Positions 20,301 to 28,959 are shown, counted from the first letter of the stretch. The stretch: 64,000 bases of DNA from a virus (IMGVR_UViG_3300037258_000125:4068-68067), one strand, 5' to 3'. Numbers and translations are program-made. Notes: generated from the sequence alone by a model not told the origin.

Positions 20301-20612
20301 ATGTTGTCGGAGCTCTGCTAGTAGTCGAGGTTGACAGCATCCAACAGCCGTGGCAAGCTTATCAGCGTCCTTTGATTTGGAGGTCCCAGGAAAGCATTGA
20401 TGGCTGTTCGTGATATACGGATTGAGATCTGGATGCTGGGCTAATGCTGCTTTAAGGAGTTCGCCAGAAGGTCCTACGAATGGGAGCTCTTCTCGGATCT
20501 CATTCTTTCCTGGGCTTTCACCAACAATGACGAGCGGGCTCATAGGATCTCCTCGGGAACCTACAAGCTTCCCAAGTGGATAAGTACAATGCTGACAACG
20601 AACCAAGCTCAT
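17334..20612 (-). CDS. polA: Family A DNA polymerase with N-terminal UDG-family-4-like domain, 3'-5' exonuclease and intein
   Basis: GESPG/PFVGPSG/HPSY (UDG); DTET, HNGKFD, DTM (exo); TGRLAS, DANQAELR, RAKNVNFGIPYG, VYDS (pol). Confidence 0.93.
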   Translation of the reverse strand: MSLVRCQHCTYPLGKLVGSRGDPMSPLVIVGESPGKNEIREELPFVGPSGELLKAALAQHPDLNPYITNSHQCFPGTSKSKDADKLATAVGCCQPRLLAELRQHPHQIILALGAGALWSVTNNFGLKITQVRGQVFPSDIAARGIVAAVHPSYLMRGFGSLSQFMADVDYACQLAKGLRDYRQYIVPKFKVISSEEEILNLAKQWDDPDVVAAADTETGGFSGFDFLRDHILCSGFCVDPALVYIVPSELTRATRSLFDSRCRFVWHNGKFDAKFFIQAGVDNVRVDEDTMLMSYCLSPETRVLKTDLTWTRIAEVNIGDQLIGFDEYKKDAVDGNQGTSSRWANGKPPGGNFKPSKVLALKRLLAPRYKLSTEKGEVISSDRHMWAARIYGQRWARWITTEKLAQLVMSGKQAELFFFAAPWEVDDTRIGGYISGILDGEGTLNSGWTGENGDSNWDLSFAQNPGKVLDQTLEYLKLKGFDTNYYKYPYKSSAKVSFRGYKEGLRALGTFRPVRLLEKAERVWRGNRKCTPVKIVSAEFLGMGEVIGIETETRTLIAEGYKSHNCLDTTKGIHDLESVASDYLGAPDWKYMIKPYLDPSKYPKGYNITYADIPLPVLYDYTGRDISATKQVFPHIRNSVKSDPHSEKLYTKTLIPMSAYLTKIEMKGMELDVAQVQENDKTLQAEITKYTGEINKYSLEYGHTEINANSPAQLSTLLYDVMKLTIKGKRPTSTDVKTLEKLPATNPVVIALRKNRKVQKARSTYVVPALDHEDSKGKHVTGWINTDGGVHTTYKIHGTGTGRLASEDPNLLNIPRDPKLKGQFKARDGKLYLESDANQAELRILAELSGDETLSKIYTTKGMSVHDVTCDAIFGTIKDYTPEFLSKQELKFNVFSDPSRLRAEQKMRAKNVNFGIPYGISAFGLADQIDDTPEVAQVYLEGWYKRYPGARQFLLKIRESVTLGKTLVTSFGRKKRLGVVSFERLNDIQNEACNFFMQSIVSDIVMHVGMQMQPRVAKHNVDIVNTVYDSILYEVPNDQPLIEDIAAETTARISETAKVWGIRKIPIIGDAKLGKRWGNLTDLHKYDWSQAA
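18918..19727 (-). mobile_element. Intein (270 aa) with a LAGLIDADG-like motif
   Basis: Starts CLSPETRVL, has SSDRH (block B) and GYISGILDGEG, ends SHN followed by extein Cys. Confidence 0.92.
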
Positions 20613-20670
20613 GCTGAATTAGCCTTGTGTGCTCATTCCCAACAACCAGAGGTGCTCATTCCCGCTGGTG

Positions 20671-21489
20671 CTATCGATAACCGTATCCATTAAAGAGTGA
20701 TACAGCACGATCATAGTCGACACCCATATTTACGGAGTATTCACCTTTTTCCCACCAGTCACCTCTAGGAGGCATCTTAACTGATAAGTTGAATACCAAT
20801 CTGTTGTATGCACAACGCATTGGTACTGCTGAATCGATTGATCGTACGTAGGGTATCTGTGCACAGATTGCATCGTCGACTAGATCGTCAGAGAAGCCGA
20901 ACATATGAATCTGCCGCTTTGGATTCATTGCATGAAGCATCTCGATCGCCCAACGACGCGATCCATGATACTCGACGATATTACGAGGTACACCCCACCA
21001 TGCAATCTGAGGATGTGTTGCAAAGGCTTCAGCAGCACGAAGGAAATCTGCCTTTGTCTTACCCTGAGGTAGGTACATAAATGGAACACCGCGATAGTCG
21101 TAGAACTCTTTCAGCCCTTGGTTCCATGGACCAATAGCTTCTTGACAGTTTGCGATCGTCTGATCCGTATCGAGATACGCATCAGGGAGAACAATACAGT
21201 CAGGTTTGACAATGCTTGTTGCTTCCCTGATCATATCGAATTCGACGGGCTTCCCCAACTCCACGACAGAGTTGTCAAGGATCACCAGTTCACGTGAATA
21301 AGGATACAAGCCATAGTTGGTTTTGTTCTGCTCGAGAAAGTATTTGCCATCGAACAATAGACGGTATCCGTCTTTGTGTTCTGGCTTCACAATGTCATGA
21401 GCAAGCAAAAGTTGACTGCGCGGCAGAACATCACGTCTAGCCATCGCAGAGAGAATCTGGAGTGGCGCCACTGCACAATACTGAGCCAT
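20671..21489 (-). CDS. dpdA: TGT-fold, divergent DpdA-like deazaguanine transglycosylase
   Basis: ILDNS, VLPD, LPQG, IHMFG, RSIDS in TGT/DpdA motif order; near queE/queD/queC. Confidence 0.65.
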   Translation of the reverse strand: MAQYCAVAPLQILSAMARRDVLPRSQLLLAHDIVKPEHKDGYRLLFDGKYFLEQNKTNYGLYPYSRELVILDNSVVELGKPVEFDMIREATSIVKPDCIVLPDAYLDTDQTIANCQEAIGPWNQGLKEFYDYRGVPFMYLPQGKTKADFLRAAEAFATHPQIAWWGVPRNIVEYHGSRRWAIEMLHAMNPKRQIHMFGFSDDLVDDAICAQIPYVRSIDSAVPMRCAYNRLVFNLSVKMPPRGDWWEKGEYSVNMGVDYDRAVSLFNGYGYR

Positions 21490-21686
21490 TACTCTTTCCC
21501 CTCTAGGAATTCGCGGACCTTGGTGAGCTTGTCGATGAGCTCATCCAGTTCGTCCTTTGCTTCTTCGTACTGTTTCGACTCGATTAGAGTCTCAACACTC
21601 AAACATTCCTCTGCAGCTTCGCCACAGTCTTGTACCGCGTCATCGTCGTCGACGGGTAGAAGAAGCTTCTGATTTGGTGTGTCAGA
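21489..21686 (-). CDS. Small acidic hypothetical protein
   Basis: ORF from MSDTP; start could be further upstream (21743). Confidence 0.55.
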   Translation of the reverse strand, partial: SDTPNQKLLLPVDDDDAVQDCGEAAEECLSVETLIESKQYEEAKDELDELIDKLTKVREFLEGKE

Positions 21687-21688
21687 CA

Positions 21689-21829
21689 TTAAGACACCGG
21701 AATATATGCGACTTGGGTCCAATTCCAACCTTTGAGTTGCCATATAGTCCCTGTCTTCACGACTACATAGAGGCAGCTCTGTAGTAGAAATGTATCCACA
21801 ACATCTTGTGAATCGAATGGTGATACCAT
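21689..21829 (-). CDS. Small hypothetical protein
   Basis: ATG directly after the queE stop; fills the gap. Confidence 0.45.
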   Translation of the reverse strand: MVSPFDSQDVVDTFLLQSCLYVVVKTGTIWQLKGWNWTQVAYIPVS

Positions 21830-21830
21830 G

Positions 21831-22610
21831 TTAGACGCCTTGTTTGTTGCCCCAGACGAGGACGTGCATCTGTGGAAGGAATTTGACATTGCAGAGATAC
21901 TGATGCCTCATGACATCTCTTAAGAGATGATCATAGCGATCCATAAGTAATGTTCTGAGATGGGATCTCGAGACGTTCTGATCCTTACCAGGAGGCATAG
22001 GATTACCTAGTGATAGGAAGAACTGTGACTCGCGAAGATCCTTACGAACAAGAACGTAGCGTTCGTATAGGAGTGAAGCGAATTCAAGGTCGCGCTCGTC
22101 AAAGATCACGACCTTCATGGACATCCGTATCTTAGGTCCAGAGTCCATGAAGAAGTCGAGCTTCTCTTGATCGTAGCGTTCACCCATTCCCGGACCCTTA
22201 GGTGATACTACGACGTGGGAACATCCAAAGAGCCAGTCAGGAACGAAGGTGCCCTGCGTCTCAACTTGGATATTGATCCCCTGACGTAAGAGTTCACCAA
22301 CGAGTTCCCTCAGATCATGGATGCATGGGTTACCTCCAGAGAACGTAACCCAGTTCGTTGTGTGTTCTCCCTGAGCCTTGCGGTACTTGAGGAACTCTTC
22401 TGCAATCTGGGTTTGTGTCCACCAGGACGCATTCCTTGAAACTTTCTCCGGATCAACAGCATGCATAGAGTCACACATCTTGCACTTGTAATCGCAGAGA
22501 CCGAACCGAATGAAATAGGTCTGGAGACCTATAACAGCTCCCTCTCCTTGGACTGTGGGGCCGAAGACCTCCATCACTGGGATCTTCTTTACACTCGGTT
22601 GGTCGTTCAT
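21831..22610 (-). CDS. queE: 7-carboxy-7-deazaguanine synthase (radical SAM)
   Basis: EVFGPTVQGEG, FIRFGLCDYKCKMCDS, SGGNP, ETQG, VSPK, LPQMH. Confidence 0.95.
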   Translation of the reverse strand: MNDQPSVKKIPVMEVFGPTVQGEGAVIGLQTYFIRFGLCDYKCKMCDSMHAVDPEKVSRNASWWTQTQIAEEFLKYRKAQGEHTTNWVTFSGGNPCIHDLRELVGELLRQGINIQVETQGTFVPDWLFGCSHVVVSPKGPGMGERYDQEKLDFFMDSGPKIRMSMKVVIFDERDLEFASLLYERYVLVRKDLRESQFFLSLGNPMPPGKDQNVSRSHLRTLLMDRYDHLLRDVMRHQYLCNVKFLPQMHVLVWGNKQGV

Positions 22611-22825
22611 TTGGCCCCCTTCTGCCTTGATGTGGTATCAATGTTACGTTGCTTTGCGAATTCCCTGATCTGGGGATCGGAGATCCTGAACCGCTCTCGA
22701 ATCTCTCTATACGATATTTCCTTGTGGTTACGCAACAAGCTCTCGAGCGTAGTCTTCTGACGTTCAGTCAGACCTACGAGTCCACTCTTGGCTCTGGTGG
22801 ATAAATGGTTAGGATTCGAAACCAC
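22607..22825 (-). CDS. Small HTH-like protein
   Basis: LTERQK...ISYREIRERFRISDPQIRE. Confidence 0.55.
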   Translation of the reverse strand: MVSNPNHLSTRAKSGLVGLTERQKTTLESLLRNHKEISYREIRERFRISDPQIREFAKQRNIDTTSRQKGAK

Positions 22826-23322
22826 TATCTCGGTCTCCGAGCGATTGCAGAGTTACCTCCGTGTTCAGAGACCTCCACTTCAAGGATGTAAGCCTGCGTA
22901 TTGTATTCCCGATTGTAGAGTTCCATGTAACGCTCTACCTGATCGAGTACCATCCAAGCAAACGCTTCAGTCCCGACATTTTCGACTTCGATTACGTCTG
23001 CTATGCCAGTAATGTGCATAGCACGTATATCGGGAAATTTCGGGTCGTCCCTGGCAACGAGGAGCTTGTGATCGAAAGTCGCATCAAGCCATTTCTTTAC
23101 TGGCTTGAGCCCTCCGAAGTCAACAACCCAACCACGTTTGTCAAGATGGCTCGAACCGAATGTGAGCTTGAACTGGAGAGCATACCCATGCAAGAATTTG
23201 CAGTGAGAATCTGCCTTCCATTGCCTAAAGCAAACACTATACCCAAGTGAATGGGTATAGGTCTTTGTCGAGAGGAATTCAACCCCCTTCATGATCATTC
23301 TCCATTCTGCCGTGACAGGCAT
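22825..23322 (-). CDS. queD: 6-carboxy-tetrahydropterin synthase
   Basis: HCKFLHGY, WVVDFGGLK, FDHK, GTE, VSEHGGNSA; start may be ~10 codons downstream. Confidence 0.93.
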   Translation of the reverse strand: MPVTAEWRMIMKGVEFLSTKTYTHSLGYSVCFRQWKADSHCKFLHGYALQFKLTFGSSHLDKRGWVVDFGGLKPVKKWLDATFDHKLLVARDDPKFPDIRAMHITGIADVIEVENVGTEAFAWMVLDQVERYMELYNREYNTQAYILEVEVSEHGGNSAIARRPR

Positions 23323-23328
23323 TGCTTC

Positions 23329-24174
23329 TTATGCTGCGTAACGTGTGGGATCATTGACGCCGGCCTTCACGAAAGCTGAACGACGTGAACGGCATGTGGG
23401 ACATGTACCACAGTGGTTATCACCACCAGCGTAGCATGACCAAGTATTCTTCCAATCCACGTTGAGCTTCTCACCAAGCGTAACGATCTCGTCCTTCATC
23501 AACCACTGGAGGGGAGTGTAAAGACGGATTGCGTAATACGATCCTGTATAGATCGCATTCGCTTGGGCGCCGATGAACTCTGGTGTGCAATCTGGATAAG
23601 CCCAGTTTGCTGCATCTTCAGAGTGTGCGCCGAAATAGATCCCAACAGAATCCCTCATCATGTTGGTCGCAGATTGAGTTGTTTCACCCGCATGTTCGAC
23701 GTATCCCGTAATCTGATTATTCACCCATTTCTGGGCGTGAGCTGTGATCAGAGAGAGGAGAGTACCATTGCGATATGGTACGTACGTTGGTGACACACCT
23801 TTGATGTCAGCGTAATCAATGTTTGGGATCGGGACGCTCGCGTCAGCAAGCATCACACCTTTCCCAGAGAGGAGACCTTGGATATTCAGGACCTTGTGAT
23901 CGATTCCGAACTTCTCACAGGTCTCAGCAGCGTACTGCGATTCCTTGATGTGCCGTTGACCATAGTCAACAGAGATCGCTTCGACCCAGTCGATACCACC
24001 AGTCTCATTCAGGTTGATCCACTGATTGCGTTCGGTATCCAAACGCATCACCCCATCATGTCTGATCTCGAGTTCATCTTTGGGGCATGGAGCGAATTCC
24101 ATGATTGCTTTGTGAAGGCAGGTTGTAGAATCCATGCCACCGCTCAAGAGGACGAATGCTTTCTTAGCTGTCAT
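23329..24174 (-). CDS. queC: 7-cyano-7-deazaguanine synthase
   Basis: LSGGMDSTT, YGQRH, TYVPYRN, YPDC, TWSCY, CGTCPTC; start set at MTAKK. Confidence 0.95.
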   Translation of the reverse strand: MTAKKAFVLLSGGMDSTTCLHKAIMEFAPCPKDELEIRHDGVMRLDTERNQWINLNETGGIDWVEAISVDYGQRHIKESQYAAETCEKFGIDHKVLNIQGLLSGKGVMLADASVPIPNIDYADIKGVSPTYVPYRNGTLLSLITAHAQKWVNNQITGYVEHAGETTQSATNMMRDSVGIYFGAHSEDAANWAYPDCTPEFIGAQANAIYTGSYYAIRLYTPLQWLMKDEIVTLGEKLNVDWKNTWSCYAGGDNHCGTCPTCRSRRSAFVKAGVNDPTRYAA

Positions 24175-24175
24175 G

Positions 24176-24454
24176 TCATATCTCGCTGGTTTTGAGTTGA
24201 TGATCACCTGATGGATCTTCTGGAGGTCTTGTCCCCTTTTGGAGAATGTAGTCGACCTCTTCCTTATAAATCCTGTACTGTCCCCCGACTTTGACAGCTA
24301 TCACTCGCTTCTCGGCAACGTACTTACGAACTGTGCGATAATCCAACTCGAGCACTTCCGCGAGTTGGGCAATAGAAATCCATCCCCGACCACGGGGAGT
24401 GGGAGTCGTCGACGGAGTATCACCCCCGTCGACGTTATTGTCTTCCGATGTCAC
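24176..24454 (-). CDS. Excisionase/MerR-type HTH protein
   Basis: ISIAQLAEVLELDYRTVRKYV...AVKVGGQYRI. Confidence 0.8.
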   Translation of the reverse strand: MTSEDNNVDGGDTPSTTPTPRGRGWISIAQLAEVLELDYRTVRKYVAEKRVIAVKVGGQYRIYKEEVDYILQKGTRPPEDPSGDHQLKTSEI

Positions 24455-24467
24455 AGTTGCCTTGAGA

Positions 24468-24956
24468 CTAAGCGAACTGCTTTTCGGGAGTGGCGCCTGC
24501 AGCCGTATTCGCCGGCAAGATCTGAGTCAGGTTCGAACGATCTTCGCCCTGATACTCCTTGATGGCAACACGTCCACGGAACAACTTCCCGAGGAGCTTC
24601 CCGCCGTCCGCGATCGCTTTCAGATCGAAGGCGCCGACGAACACATCCGGAGCGAGCTTCGCACAGGCAGCCTTCGTGAACGGAAGAGCCTTCTGCGAGA
24701 ACGTCAGATAGTACGGGAGCTTGCGATCGGCATAGTCGCCATCGGTGATGCGATTCCAGAGAACCAGCATCGGGCTACCAGCTTGCGATTGCTGCAGTTC
24801 ACAGGAGTCGACTTCGAAGTTGTACAGCCCTTTCGGGATGACTTCGAACTTCGCTTCCTGAATCGAATCCAGGTTGACAACGATCGATTCGTTCTCCCCC
24901 GCGACGACGGCAGCAGCGAACTGTTCATCAGTCACTGTCGTTTTTTCATCAGCCAT
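24468..24956 (-). CDS. DUF669-like single-stranded DNA-binding protein
   Basis: FEVIPKGLY...SQAGSPML...EYQGEDRS; next to a Sak4-like ATPase. Confidence 0.75.
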   Translation of the reverse strand: MADEKTTVTDEQFAAAVVAGENESIVVNLDSIQEAKFEVIPKGLYNFEVDSCELQQSQAGSPMLVLWNRITDGDYADRKLPYYLTFSQKALPFTKAACAKLAPDVFVGAFDLKAIADGGKLLGKLFRGRVAIKEYQGEDRSNLTQILPANTAAGATPEKQFA

Positions 24957-24989
24957 GTTTCAGAGTCCTCTGTTTCTGTCTTGTTACGA

Positions 24990-25973
24990 CTACTTGGTAC
25001 CAAGTAATCCGATAGCCTTCATAATGTTAGCCATCGTAGGATCGTCGAAGTACTGACCTTTGAAGCCAGCTATTCGACACTTTGCCGTAAACTGTCGTTC
25101 AGGTTGAACCAACAGCCTACGAACCTCTTTCCCGTCTGGACCGGGAGGTGATTTGCGAAGGAAGCCGACGAGGTCGACCATCCCTTGAACCGAGTTGATA
25201 AGCTTACCGGTGAGGAGCGGAGTATACAGTTTCCGCTTCATCTCGTCTTCGGTATATGCTTCATGGCATATCAAGATGACATGCATTGGGAGATCTCTGA
25301 AGCGGCGAACAAGAAGCTCTACCATCATCTTATTCCGACGATAGACTCCCCAGTCTGCTACTTCAACGTCTTCAGCGGATCCCTGCATAAGCTTGTTTTC
25401 GTCGACCTCCATGAGTGCATACATATTGTATGCTTCGACCTCTGTCATGGTATCGATGATCACAGTACGGAACTTCTTTGGGACTGTGATCTCTTCGATC
25501 GGTACTCCTGTGAGGTATGCTTCGGTCTCACGAAGTCGCTGGATATTGTTCTCGTCACGATGTTTACAGTGGGCAAGTAGGTAATCATACATGAGCCCCA
25601 CTTGTCTAAACGTCGAAGCAGGAGCTTGCATGATCCCACCGATGTTCTTCACACGTGCATTATCGATCAATGCAAGGTGACCTGATTCGGCGTTGATAAT
25701 GAAGACATCTGCCATCTCTAGCACGTCAGCTGCAGACGCAGCAAGAGTCGTCTTACCGATACCTTGCGGTCCGTAGAAGAGCGACTTTAGCCAATGATGG
25801 GATCTCTTGATAGCAGAGATCCGAAACGGAGGAGCAGTAAGCACCGGCTTTGGAGGAGCAGCAGATGGTGAGATTGCAACTCCAGCTGGTGCAGCTACTG
25901 CTGGTTTGGCAACGATGGCTCCTGTAGTGGGCTTGGCGGTAGGAGCTTGGGGGGTGGGAGAAACTGTCGCCAT
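24990..25973 (-). CDS. Sak4-like AAA ATPase (recombination/annealing)
   Basis: YGPQGIGKTT, TVIIDT, DWG, VILICHE. Confidence 0.85.
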   Translation of the reverse strand: MATVSPTPQAPTAKPTTGAIVAKPAVAAPAGVAISPSAAPPKPVLTAPPFRISAIKRSHHWLKSLFYGPQGIGKTTLAASAADVLEMADVFIINAESGHLALIDNARVKNIGGIMQAPASTFRQVGLMYDYLLAHCKHRDENNIQRLRETEAYLTGVPIEEITVPKKFRTVIIDTMTEVEAYNMYALMEVDENKLMQGSAEDVEVADWGVYRRNKMMVELLVRRFRDLPMHVILICHEAYTEDEMKRKLYTPLLTGKLINSVQGMVDLVGFLRKSPPGPDGKEVRRLLVQPERQFTAKCRIAGFKGQYFDDPTMANIMKAIGLLGTK

Positions 25974-27109
25974 GTGTCATACACCGTTGGTCTGGGTTGA
26001 AAGAATTGTTCTAGCTCTGATTCCCAATCGCTACCATCATCCATGTTGATGCAAGCGTTCAGGAATGAGCAGAAGTGACATTGGAATCTAGATGGGGAAG
26101 GATAGAGTGGGAGATCTGGATCAAGCATCTCTTCAAGCTCCATGATGATCTTCTCACCTTCGGCTTGACAGTAATGCTCGTTGCGATGTACTCTATCCCT
26201 ACGTACAAAGATATCTTTGGTCTCATCCTCATTGAAGACGAGATGGTTCAGTACATCAACATTTCGTGCTGGCCACTTTTCTATACCCGCACCATATATC
26301 TGGGTTAGGTATGAACGATATAGAGAAACGGTCGTGCGTTGACGTTTGTCGGTAGAGACAGATCCATCTGCTAGTAACCTAGGGAGCTTGGGAATCTCTT
26401 TCAGGTGCTGTTGATAGATCACACCTTCTATTGGTCTACCGTACACATGGTTACCAGCCCAACAATAGGCGCTAACCTGTGGATCAGTTGGAAAGTGCCG
26501 CGTCTCAATCATCTTCGCGGTCTTGTATTCTACGATCCAGAGACGTTGTTCGTCGTCCTCAATGACTCGATCGAACGTGAGAGAGTACCATACTTCGTCG
26601 TACTCATCCCTAACAAATGCAGGAAGATTCGCCATGTCTATTGGGACAATAGCATTTACCTCAACCTGGAATTCTCTATTGTGCACGAACGTTCGAAGTG
26701 GATCACGTTGCTTGAGCCAATGTGTCTCATAGTAATCCATCATCCCTGCGCCAAGATCTACGAGCTCCGATAGATCATATGGCAGATCTACTTTGTGTTT
26801 GTTCCGCTTCGTTGCTTCGGTATAAGCAAGGAAAGCTTCGACTGCAGACGAATAGACTTTATGGGAATGGAAATCTTCGAGACCGTAATGGAACCCTGAA
26901 CCTAACCAAAGAGGGCTCGCATGTTCCTTAGGTCCTAGCCCCTGTCTAAGATGTGATTGCCAACCCCAACGACGACGACATGATTTGAACTGTGTACGAT
27001 CCGACGTACGAATAACAGCGATACGCTTATTATTGCGCACCCCTACTATCGTCTCTAATCGCGGATCTGAATAGTCCGCGAGAGCGTCGAATTGTTGCTC
27101 TGACATCAT
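25895..27109 (-). CDS. PD-(D/E)XK (Cas4/RecB-like) exonuclease
   Basis: FKSCRRRW, GSGFH, FDRVI..IVEYKT, Q...Y, CHFCSF..AC. Confidence 0.85.
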   Translation of the reverse strand: MMSEQQFDALADYSDPRLETIVGVRNNKRIAVIRTSDRTQFKSCRRRWGWQSHLRQGLGPKEHASPLWLGSGFHYGLEDFHSHKVYSSAVEAFLAYTEATKRNKHKVDLPYDLSELVDLGAGMMDYYETHWLKQRDPLRTFVHNREFQVEVNAIVPIDMANLPAFVRDEYDEVWYSLTFDRVIEDDEQRLWIVEYKTAKMIETRHFPTDPQVSAYCWAGNHVYGRPIEGVIYQQHLKEIPKLPRLLADGSVSTDKRQRTTVSLYRSYLTQIYGAGIEKWPARNVDVLNHLVFNEDETKDIFVRRDRVHRNEHYCQAEGEKIIMELEEMLDPDLPLYPSPSRFQCHFCSFLNACINMDDGSDWESELEQFFQPRPTVYDTWRQFLPPPKLLPPSPLQEPSLPNQQ

Positions 27110-27173
27110 CGCTTTGTACTGTTGGGAGTTTAGAGGCGTGTCCTTGGAAGCGTGTTTTTATTGCATGTTCAAA

Positions 27174-27218
27174 ATAATAACATAAGGTACAAAGGAACTC
27201 AAGAGGAACTTTATGGTC
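27174..27218 (-). promoter_or_regulatory. sigma70-like promoter with upstream GACC box
   Basis: GACCATAAAGTTCCTC-TTGAGT-N17-TATTAT. Confidence 0.7.
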
Positions 27219-28722
27219 AACCAGTGGTCAATTTCTGGTCGAACTCAGCCTTCAAGAGTTCTGCAAGGTTCGATGGTAGAGACATATCAATGTTCTCTTG
27301 CTTAATGCATACCCGATTAACGACTTGATAGTCCGTTGGAGTCCCATAAGTGTAATACCAAATCAATACGGGGTCCGTCGACGTGAGCCTAAGGAGCCGT
27401 TTCTCTGCCTGTCTATTGGGATCGGGGGACCAGGACGATCCAATAAACCACGCTTTATTAGCTGGTTCCAAACTAAATGCCTCTGCATAGTCGATGGTGC
27501 AGAGCGTAATGCCCTTAGTATCTCTGTACGCTTGGATACGCTGACCTTGCTGATTAGCAGAAATACCCCCATGCAACCAGAAGACGTTAGGAAACCCACG
27601 ACTGTTGAGGTAGGTAGTGAAATGCTCGAATGCTGCTTTGAACGGCGTAAAGATAACGGTGTGTCGGTCTTTTTCACTTGCGTCCTCCAGTTCGTCACAG
27701 AAGTCTTGGATAGCACCACCACAATCAAATTGATTGCCCAAAATCTTTGGGCAAACTAATATCTGACGCAAACGCATCAGCTGGACAAAGCTGTTCTCTG
27801 CGAGCAGCCCATAATCTGCACCAGGTGTAACATACCACATGTCCTTTAGGATTGCTTTGTACATCTCTGACTGTTGAGGAGTCATAGCAACAGTCTTAGG
27901 GAATCGCTCTATCGGAGGACGTTCTCCTTTAACATCCTCTTCCCTGACAACGTAAAAGTACTTCGCCATGACACGATCCCATTCAGGTTTCGTATCTAAG
28001 CGTTGATCTAGGATCTGGGGGCCTAACAGTGAGTTGTCTTTGTCAATGATATGGAAGTGTTCGATATACGCCCAATAAGATCTGAAGAGTTTAGGATCCA
28101 TGATACGAAGGTACGACCAAAAGGACCTGGGACCTTTGTCTCCAGGTGTACCAGATAGAGGAAGGAATCCCATCTCTTTGCCGAAGCGTGAATGCTCCCG
28201 AGTGAAATAGTAGATTCCCAGAAACATTGCGGAGTCCTTGTTATTGATCTTCTGGCACTCATCGCATATGATTCCGTCCCACCCCTGTCTGCTCTTAATG
28301 ATCTTTTGTAGCGGTGGTAGAGTTTTACCTACCTTCTTGGATTTACGCTTAACGGTAAGAGATCTGCAACCCATATCAATGGCGAACGTATTATAGACCA
28401 CAAGCCATACATGCACTTCATTATCTGGTGTTTGCAGTGCCCAATCAATCTCACGAGCCCAAGGAGCTTGGTCCATAATGTGTAGCTTGACAGGGAGGCC
28501 TGTAAACTCTTCGAGCCAAGCTTTGCCTATTGTCTTCCAGACTAGGATACCTGAATCCTTACAGGCTACTACTATCCGACGCCAGTTAAGGTTACCGGAG
28601 ACCTTAGATGCCATAGGTGTCTTGCCGAGTCCCATATCGACAAAGAAGCCGACGCGGCCAACTCTAGCCATACCTTTATCAACACCCAACTCTTGGAAGG
28701 GTCTAAGTATTCGTCCAGTCAT
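27217..28722 (-). CDS. SNF2-like superfamily II helicase
   Basis: LRPFQ, DMGLGKT, CDECQ, LSGTP, QAEKRLLR; start set at MTGRIL. Confidence 0.85.
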   Translation of the reverse strand: MTGRILRPFQELGVDKGMARVGRVGFFVDMGLGKTPMASKVSGNLNWRRIVVACKDSGILVWKTIGKAWLEEFTGLPVKLHIMDQAPWAREIDWALQTPDNEVHVWLVVYNTFAIDMGCRSLTVKRKSKKVGKTLPPLQKIIKSRQGWDGIICDECQKINNKDSAMFLGIYYFTREHSRFGKEMGFLPLSGTPGDKGPRSFWSYLRIMDPKLFRSYWAYIEHFHIIDKDNSLLGPQILDQRLDTKPEWDRVMAKYFYVVREEDVKGERPPIERFPKTVAMTPQQSEMYKAILKDMWYVTPGADYGLLAENSFVQLMRLRQILVCPKILGNQFDCGGAIQDFCDELEDASEKDRHTVIFTPFKAAFEHFTTYLNSRGFPNVFWLHGGISANQQGQRIQAYRDTKGITLCTIDYAEAFSLEPANKAWFIGSSWSPDPNRQAEKRLLRLTSTDPVLIWYYTYGTPTDYQVVNRVCIKQENIDMSLPSNLAELLKAEFDQKLTTG

Positions 28723-28723
28723 T

Positions 28724-28918
28724 TCATAAACCGTTCGTATGTTTGAAAGGTTTATGGCATTGATGACAAATGTTGCCGTTCTTCTTTCGCTGGTTGCGTG
28801 TCGTCTTAGCTCCGCAACCATGTGAACACTTAAACCGTTGGTTAGTATTCACTCGCAGCTTCTTATCACCTCCTACAAAGATAGGAGATCCGCCCGGCGT
28901 ATATCCAAATAATGCCAT
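28724..28918 (-). CDS. Small Zn-finger-like protein
   Basis: CSHGC...CHQC; RBS AAGGAGG. Confidence 0.65.
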   Translation of the reverse strand: MALFGYTPGGSPIFVGGDKKLRVNTNQRFKCSHGCGAKTTRNQRKKNGNICHQCHKPFKHTNGL

Positions 28919-28959
28919 GTTATTTCACAAACCTCCTTACGCGAATCTGTTGGCTCTAG

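Noticed and set aside
24176-24454. Excisionase-like HTH as a sign of lysogeny
   Set aside because: No integrase or repressor switch seen; such HTH genes are common in lytic replication modules
24399-25007. 202-aa plus-strand ORF, and similar antisense ORFs over capsid genes (58267-60827)
   Set aside because: Antisense shadows of strongly codon-biased genes
25895-27109. Cas4-like nuclease as evidence of CRISPR-Cas
   Set aside because: Sits in the ordinary nuclease-Sak4-SSB recombination module
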